Part shown: positions 59,117-64,000 of the stretch, one piece after another
Numbering within the stretch: the first letter of the stretch is position 1
Layout: every line of letters starts with the position of its first letter
From: a virus
Lineage: Duplodnaviria; Caudoviricetes
Length of the DNA: 64,000 nt
Virus record (IMG/VR): IMGVR_UViG_3300025740_000004
Location: 1-64,000 of that record
Direction: 5' to 3' (one strand)
Notes under the pieces: generated by a model
Told to the model about the DNA's origin: nothing
Seen by the model: only the letters and a program-made list of their open reading frames with translations
Databases searched by the model: none
Position numbers and translations under genes: made by a program

Positions 59117-59811
59117 TGGGGATTACTTTCGGAATAATAACAAATGGCGATAGAGATATTTCTGATGTTCTTCAGTCTATAGTGGATAATAACATAGAAC
59201 ATTTTGAAATAATAGTTGTTGGTGGATTTAGAAAATATGAAAATTTTAAAGTTACTTATATTGAATTTGATGAGTCTATAAAACCAGCGTGGATAACTAG
59301 AAAGAAAAATTTAATAACAAAATATGCAAAATATGAAGATATTGTTTATATGCATGATTATATATTATTATCAAAAGATTGGTACAAAAACTATAACACA
59401 AATTATGATATCTGCTGTAATAGAATATTGAATTCTGATAAGACAAGATTTAGAGATTGGTGTTTGAATGAATTACACATGAATACTTTTAGATATATCG
59501 GTATGAAACTTTATAATAGAAATATGATAATACCTTATAACTACAACTTCAGCAAATTCATGTACATATCTGGTTCGTATTTTTTGGCTAAGAAGTATGT
59601 GATGGAAGAATTTCCTTTAGACGAAAACTTAGTTTGGGGTCAAGGCGAAGATGTTTATTGGTCTATGAATGTGTTGTCTAAATATAATTTTACAATGAAC
59701 GAAAGATGTGAAGTTTATCTTACAAAATACAAAGAACTTGCTTTAGATTTTATAGATGAAACTGATTTGAAATTGATAGACGATAATTACAAAAATTTGA
59801 CAAGGGGTTGA
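59113..59811 (+). CDS. Putative GT2-like glycosyltransferase
   Basis: EIIVVG, WITRKKN, YMHDY, LDENLVWGQGEDVYWS. Confidence 0.7.
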   Translation: MMGITFGIITNGDRDISDVLQSIVDNNIEHFEIIVVGGFRKYENFKVTYIEFDESIKPAWITRKKNLITKYAKYEDIVYMHDYILLSKDWYKNYNTNYDICCNRILNSDKTRFRDWCLNELHMNTFRYIGMKLYNRNMIIPYNYNFSKFMYISGSYFLAKKYVMEEFPLDENLVWGQGEDVYWSMNVLSKYNFTMNERCEVYLTKYKELALDFIDETDLKLIDDNYKNLTRG

Positions 59812-59812
59812 T

Positions 59813-60358
59813 ATGGAAAACATTTTAGAAGAACTCGCTATAAAATATGGAACAGACAAGCAAATTAAAAATGGTCATGGATATACTCAATTATACAATG
59901 ATCTTTTTAAAGACATAAGATTAAATGAGTTAAATTTTTTTGAACTTGGTGTTAGAGGAGGTTGGTCTATTAACATGTGGGCAGAATATTTTCCTAATTC
60001 TAAAATATGGTGTATTGATAATGATTTTGAAAAATTGTGTCCAGAAAAATTTGAAAATGATAGGATTAATTTTACAATATGTGATCAAGATGATTCGAAC
60101 AAATTGTCAGAAATTCATAATTTTTCAGGAGATTTTGATATCATTATAGACAACTGTTCTCATATATCACACTTAACAATTAAAAGTTTTGAAATTCTAT
60201 TTCATTTCTTAAAAAAAGATGGTATGTATGTTATAGAAGATTTGCATACATGCGATTTTAAAAACTATACACCACATGGTCCAACAACATTAGAATACTT
60301 CAGAGCAAGTAATTATAATGTAGAATATTTTGGAAAGGTTTGTGTTGTTAGAAAATAA
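59813..60358 (+). CDS. Class I SAM-dependent (MycE-like sugar O-) methyltransferase
   Basis: YGTDK..HGY..Y, ELGVRGGWS..MW.EYFP, FDIIID..SH, YVIEDL. Confidence 0.8.
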   Translation: MENILEELAIKYGTDKQIKNGHGYTQLYNDLFKDIRLNELNFFELGVRGGWSINMWAEYFPNSKIWCIDNDFEKLCPEKFENDRINFTICDQDDSNKLSEIHNFSGDFDIIIDNCSHISHLTIKSFEILFHFLKKDGMYVIEDLHTCDFKNYTPHGPTTLEYFRASNYNVEYFGKVCVVRK

Positions 60359-60893
60359 TATAAAAGTATTTTTTCACATATATGATTATCCAAAATCAAA
60401 AGATATTGTTGATGAAATGTTATCATATTTTGACAATGAATTAAAACAGAAAATTGAATTTAGTCATAATATAGATGAGCTTGATACATTAAATCAGTTA
60501 CACAATTTCTCAAAAGCAAATGCAGATTATAAAATTCTTTATATTCATACTAAAGGTGCTGTTAATCGAAACGAAAATGTAGATTCTTGGCGAAAGTATA
60601 TGTGCAGATATTTGATCAATAATTACAAAGAATGTTTATTAAGTTTATATGATCATGATGTTTGTGGTGTTGATTTTAGAAAGGAACCTCAGTCGCATTT
60701 TTCTGGAAATTTTTGGTGGGCGAATTGTCAGTATCTAAATAAATTAGAAGAACCAGAAAAAACATATTCGTCATTAACTCCAAGACATCGTTCTGAATTT
60801 TGGATAGGTACAAAAAGTCCAAAAGTATGTTCTATGATGGATTGTGGTGTTGGTGTTTATGAAAGACATCTGTATAACTATGATAATTTTTAG
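60330..60893 (+). CDS. Glycan-cluster protein of unknown function
   Basis: ILYIHTKG, WRKYM, HFSGNFWWA, EFWIG. Confidence 0.55.
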   Translation: MERFVLLENNIKVFFHIYDYPKSKDIVDEMLSYFDNELKQKIEFSHNIDELDTLNQLHNFSKANADYKILYIHTKGAVNRNENVDSWRKYMCRYLINNYKECLLSLYDHDVCGVDFRKEPQSHFSGNFWWANCQYLNKLEEPEKTYSSLTPRHRSEFWIGTKSPKVCSMMDCGVGVYERHLYNYDNF

Positions 60894-60900
60894 GTGATAT

Positions 60901-62286
60901 ATGAACAAAAAATTGATAATATTCGATCTTGATGGTGTTATAATTGATTCTAGACAACTTCATTTTGATGCTTTAAATAATGCTTTAAGAGAAGTATCTG
61001 AACAGTTTGTCATTTCTACAGAAGATCATAACAAAAGATTTGATGGTCTTCCTACAAACAAAAAATTAGAAATACTAACTTCTGAAAGAGGATTGTCTAA
61101 AGAACTTCATTCAAAAATATGGAAAGATAAACAAGAAAAAACATTTGAATCAATTAAACATACCGTTGTTAAAGACGAAAAACTTATAGATATTTTCAAT
61201 AATCTTAAATCAATTGGTTGTAAAATTTGTGTTGCTTCTAATTCTATCGCACTTACAATTGAACTTATATTGAAACAAAAAGAAATTTATGATTTGGTTG
61301 ATTTGGTTGTATCTAATGAAGATGTTAAATTTCCAAAACCAAATCCTCAGATGTATTTAAAGTGTATGACAACTTTCGGGATTTCTCCAAGGGACACAAT
61401 TATAGTAGAAGATTCTTTTGTTGGTAGACAGGCTGCATTTGATTCTGGGGCTGTTGTGTGTCCTGTAAAAAATACAAAAGAAGTAACATTTGAAAGAATT
61501 TATAATTACATAGATAGGAAAAAAGATAAAATGAAATGGACAAACAAAAATTTAAATGTGTTGATTCCTATGGCAGGAGAAGGATCTAGGTTTTCAAAAG
61601 CTGGTTATACATTTCCAAAACCAATCATAGAAGTAAATGGAAAACCTATGATTCAATTGGTTGTAGAAAACCTAAACTTAGATGCCAATTACATTTATAT
61701 TATTAGAAAAGAACACAATGAAAAGTTTGGAATTTCTAGTATGTTGAATCAAATTACTCCTGGTTGTAAGATCGTAGAAGTAGACTATCTCACAGAAGGA
61801 GCAGCATATACAACTCTATTAGCAAAAGAGTTTATAGACAATGATATGGAGCTTCTTATTGCTAATTCGGATCAATATGTAGAATGGGAATCTGGAGAAT
61901 TTTATCATACAATTAACAATCCAAATATAGATGGTGCAATTTTATGTTTCGAGAACACTAATCCAAAATGGTCTTATGTTAAATTGAATTCTGATGGAAA
62001 TGTTTCTGAAGTTAAAGAGAAAGAAGTCATTAGTAATTTAGCAACAATAGGAATTTATTATTGGGCTTCTGGTAAAGATTATGTTAAATATGCAGAACAA
62101 ATGATTTCTAAAGATATTCGATATGGACAATTATTTAATGGACGAAGAGAATTTTATGTAGCTCCTGTATACAATGAAGCATTTTTAGAAAACAAAATTG
62201 TGAAACCATATACTGTTCAAAAAATGTATGGCCTTGGAACACCAGAAGATCTTGAAATTTTTGTGAGAAATTATGAACCTAAATGA
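60901..62286 (+). CDS. HAD phosphatase fused to nucleotidyltransferase (GT-A fold)
   Basis: FDLDGV, KPNP, VEDS in the N-terminal half. IPMAGEGSRF..AGY..PKP, ANSDQ, GLGTPEDL in the C-terminal half. Confidence 0.85.
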   Translation: MNKKLIIFDLDGVIIDSRQLHFDALNNALREVSEQFVISTEDHNKRFDGLPTNKKLEILTSERGLSKELHSKIWKDKQEKTFESIKHTVVKDEKLIDIFNNLKSIGCKICVASNSIALTIELILKQKEIYDLVDLVVSNEDVKFPKPNPQMYLKCMTTFGISPRDTIIVEDSFVGRQAAFDSGAVVCPVKNTKEVTFERIYNYIDRKKDKMKWTNKNLNVLIPMAGEGSRFSKAGYTFPKPIIEVNGKPMIQLVVENLNLDANYIYIIRKEHNEKFGISSMLNQITPGCKIVEVDYLTEGAAYTTLLAKEFIDNDMELLIANSDQYVEWESGEFYHTINNPNIDGAILCFENTNPKWSYVKLNSDGNVSEVKEKEVISNLATIGIYYWASGKDYVKYAEQMISKDIRYGQLFNGRREFYVAPVYNEAFLENKIVKPYTVQKMYGLGTPEDLEIFVRNYEPK

Positions 62287-62584
62287 TTTTACAAAAGGAT
62301 GGTTGGTTGGGGATTTTGTTCCAGCTATTATAAATTCAAAAGATATAGAAGTTGGTGTAAAAAAATATAAAAAAGGAGATGTTGAAAATACGCATGTTCA
62401 CAATATCATAACAGAATACACAATCATATTGATAGGAAAAGTTAAAATGCTTGATAAAATATTTTTTGAAAACGATGTTGTGAAAATTGATCCAGGCATT
62501 CCTACAAGTTTTGAATGTTTAGAAGATTGTATAACTCTTGTGATAAAAACACCAAGCATTCCATCTGATAAAGAAATTCTATAA
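62273..62584 (+). CDS. Small cupin-like protein
   Basis: KGWLVGDF.P, H.H....EYT, VIKTPS. Confidence 0.65.
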   Translation: MNLNDFTKGWLVGDFVPAIINSKDIEVGVKKYKKGDVENTHVHNIITEYTIILIGKVKMLDKIFFENDVVKIDPGIPTSFECLEDCITLVIKTPSIPSDKEIL

Positions 62585-62704
62585 TCTCTTTTCTATAAAG
62601 TCTTGTTTGATTAAAGGAAATTTGTTTGTTTTTGTAGTATGAGTTAATACATGTTGTTCTATAGGAGTTAGATCGTTTAATTCTAATAATCCAAATGCTA
62701 ATCT
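62579..62704 (-). pseudogene. 3' fragment of a divergent homologue of the RuvC-like gene at 63423
   Basis: Translates ...EQHVLTHTTKTNKFPLIKQDFIEKRL* versus YKHVLTHTTPKNKIPLIRRDFIQKKV*. Confidence 0.75.
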
Positions 62705-62705
62705 A

Positions 62706-62986
62706 GTTGGAAATGGTGGTTTAGTCTTAGATCTAAAAAAATATTAGAACTTCCATCGGTAAAGAATATTAAATTAATATCTACTAATGATATGCCTTAT
62801 CCAGTAGAAGATATTAATTATTGTGCGTATAATTTGAAGACATTTTTGGATAATAATATAAAATATGTGCCTATACAATTGGCTTCCAAATTTTCAACAG
62901 AAATTAATATACCAAGTATTTCTAGAGAATCTTTTGGGTTTCATAGCTTTAAATTTAATCCGCAATATTCAAATATATTAATTTAA
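62706..62986 (+). pseudogene. 5'-truncated, frameshifted DUF5672-like (glycosyltransferase-associated) remnant
   Basis: VGNGG, then a 1 nt deletion before SLRSKK, then ED...C, A.KFSTE, FGFH. Confidence 0.65.
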
Positions 62987-63015
62987 CTTTCTTTTGAAAA
63001 TTTTAAAAAAATCCC

Positions 63016-63044
63016 TTGACAACCAAAATTAAATGTGCTATCTT
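63016..63044 (+). promoter_or_regulatory. Sigma70-like promoter with ATTAAA spacer element
   Basis: TTGAC-aaccaaa-ATTAAA-tgtgc-TATCTT. Confidence 0.7.
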
Positions 63045-63066
63045 ATGTTTAGAAAAGGAACCAATT

Positions 63067-63414
63067 ATGAAAAATTACTCTATTAAAACTCTAGTGTCTA
63101 AAAATCTTATCGATCCAAATGAATATAAATTCTTCTATACTCCAGAAGATGGGATAATATTAAACTATATTGATATCGAAAAGTATAATAATTCTCTATC
63201 AAATATTGAAAATGTTTCGTTTGAACCTGTATGCGATGATACTTATGAAAAATTCGAATTTAATAACAAACAAGAATATCAAGTTGTTAAGAGTATTATT
63301 GTTGATAAACTTAATGCTCTAGGATTTCATCATGATCTAGTGACTCAAAAATACTATGACGATATTTTAGAAACAGAAGATGATGTAGAATATTGTTGTG
63401 TGACGTATTGGTAA
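63067..63414 (+). CDS. Hypothetical protein
   Basis: AAGGA RBS before MKNYSI. The track start at 63016 coincides with the -35 box. Confidence 0.6.
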   Translation: MKNYSIKTLVSKNLIDPNEYKFFYTPEDGIILNYIDIEKYNNSLSNIENVSFEPVCDDTYEKFEFNNKQEYQVVKSIIVDKLNALGFHHDLVTQKYYDDILETEDDVEYCCVTYW

Positions 63415-63422
63415 AATTTTAG

Positions 63423-64000
63423 TCAAACTTTCTTTTGGATAAAGTCTCTTCTAATCAAAGGGATTTTATTTTTTGGAGTAGTATGTGTAAGAACGTGTTT
63501 ATATTTTTCTGATAAACATTCTACATCAATTGTATGAGTCTTTACCAAAAGTTCATTGTAAAGTAAATAACACATCCAAAAAGAGTCTATGAGATCACTG
63601 CGAGGAGATATCCCATTACGATCTCTTAAATTTACAAACTTTCCTCTTTTATGAATAGGAATTTCTGGTAAATATGAAACATCAATTTTTTGAACATCTA
63701 GTTTATTAAATTCATCTTCCATATCTGGTTTTTCATGTTTACCATTTCCAGCAAATTGTTTAACTTGTAATGGACTGATCAATCTTATTTTAGTTCCTTG
63801 TCTTAATAATTGAAATTTAACTTGTGAACAAAACTCTGCAATTTCAGTGATATCACCATTCCCAGCAAACGCATAGTCTTCCAAAATTGCATAGTCTACA
63901 TCTTTAATAAAATCAAAAATATATTCATCCATCATAATTGTTCTATTAAAGAAATCATATTTTTCTTTTTCGTAACTTATAATATCTTTATATTCAGGAA
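63423..64000 (-). CDS. RuvC-like (RNase H fold) nuclease/resolvase, 5' end outside the window
   Basis: ILEDYAF, IAE...VK..L, SP.QVKQFA.NG..EK..M, DLIDSF. Frame is open to the window end. Confidence 0.7.
   Translation of the reverse strand, partial: PEYKDIISYEKEKYDFFNRTIMMDEYIFDFIKDVDYAILEDYAFAGNGDITEIAEFCSQVKFQLLRQGTKIRLISPLQVKQFAGNGKHEKPDMEDEFNKLDVQKIDVSYLPEIPIHKRGKFVNLRDRNGISPRSDLIDSFWMCYLLYNELLVKTHTIDVECLSEKYKHVLTHTTPKNKIPLIRRDFIQKKV

Noticed and set aside
1-64000. CRISPR array, tRNA or rRNA genes
   Set aside because: No regularly spaced repeats, cloverleafs or rRNA-like sequence seen.
1-64000. Stop-codon reassignment as in some jumbo phages
   Set aside because: Core genes are full length under code 11, and TAA, TGA and TAG all end genes.

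Overview
AT-rich fragment of a large T4-like (myovirus-type, probably jumbo) dsDNA phage, standard genetic code. The left arm (1-30438, minus strand) is morphogenesis: partial tail fibre, gp15, two gp14-like neck paralogues, gp13, major capsid gp23, scaffold gp22, protease gp21, gp67-like, portal gp20, uvsW, uvsY and two HNH endonucleases. A 4.6 kb segment carrying the portal gene is present twice in tandem (period 4668 bp). It is flanked by paralogous fibre-like genes that share an anchor module but carry different cargo (an SGNH esterase domain, or a short cargo followed by a CBM-GH5 hydrolase gene). An ORF-poor, hairpin-rich region at the strand switch (about 29.0-29.9 kb) looks like an origin with a promoter-driven structured RNA. 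The right arm (plus strand) is recombination/replication: gp46, gp55, gp47, DNA methylase, DHH phosphoesterase, family B polymerase with a mini-intein, uvsX, gp41, gp32 and gp61. Small ORFs follow, then a 12.4 kb glycan biosynthesis island (glycosyltransferases, methyltransferases, nucleotidyltransferases, HAD, cupins, radical SAM) ending in a recombination scar. Leading hypothesis: a phage-encoded virion glycosylation system, since outer virion proteins are enriched in Ser-Ala while internal and replication proteins are not. All family calls come from motif recognition and synteny, not database searches.
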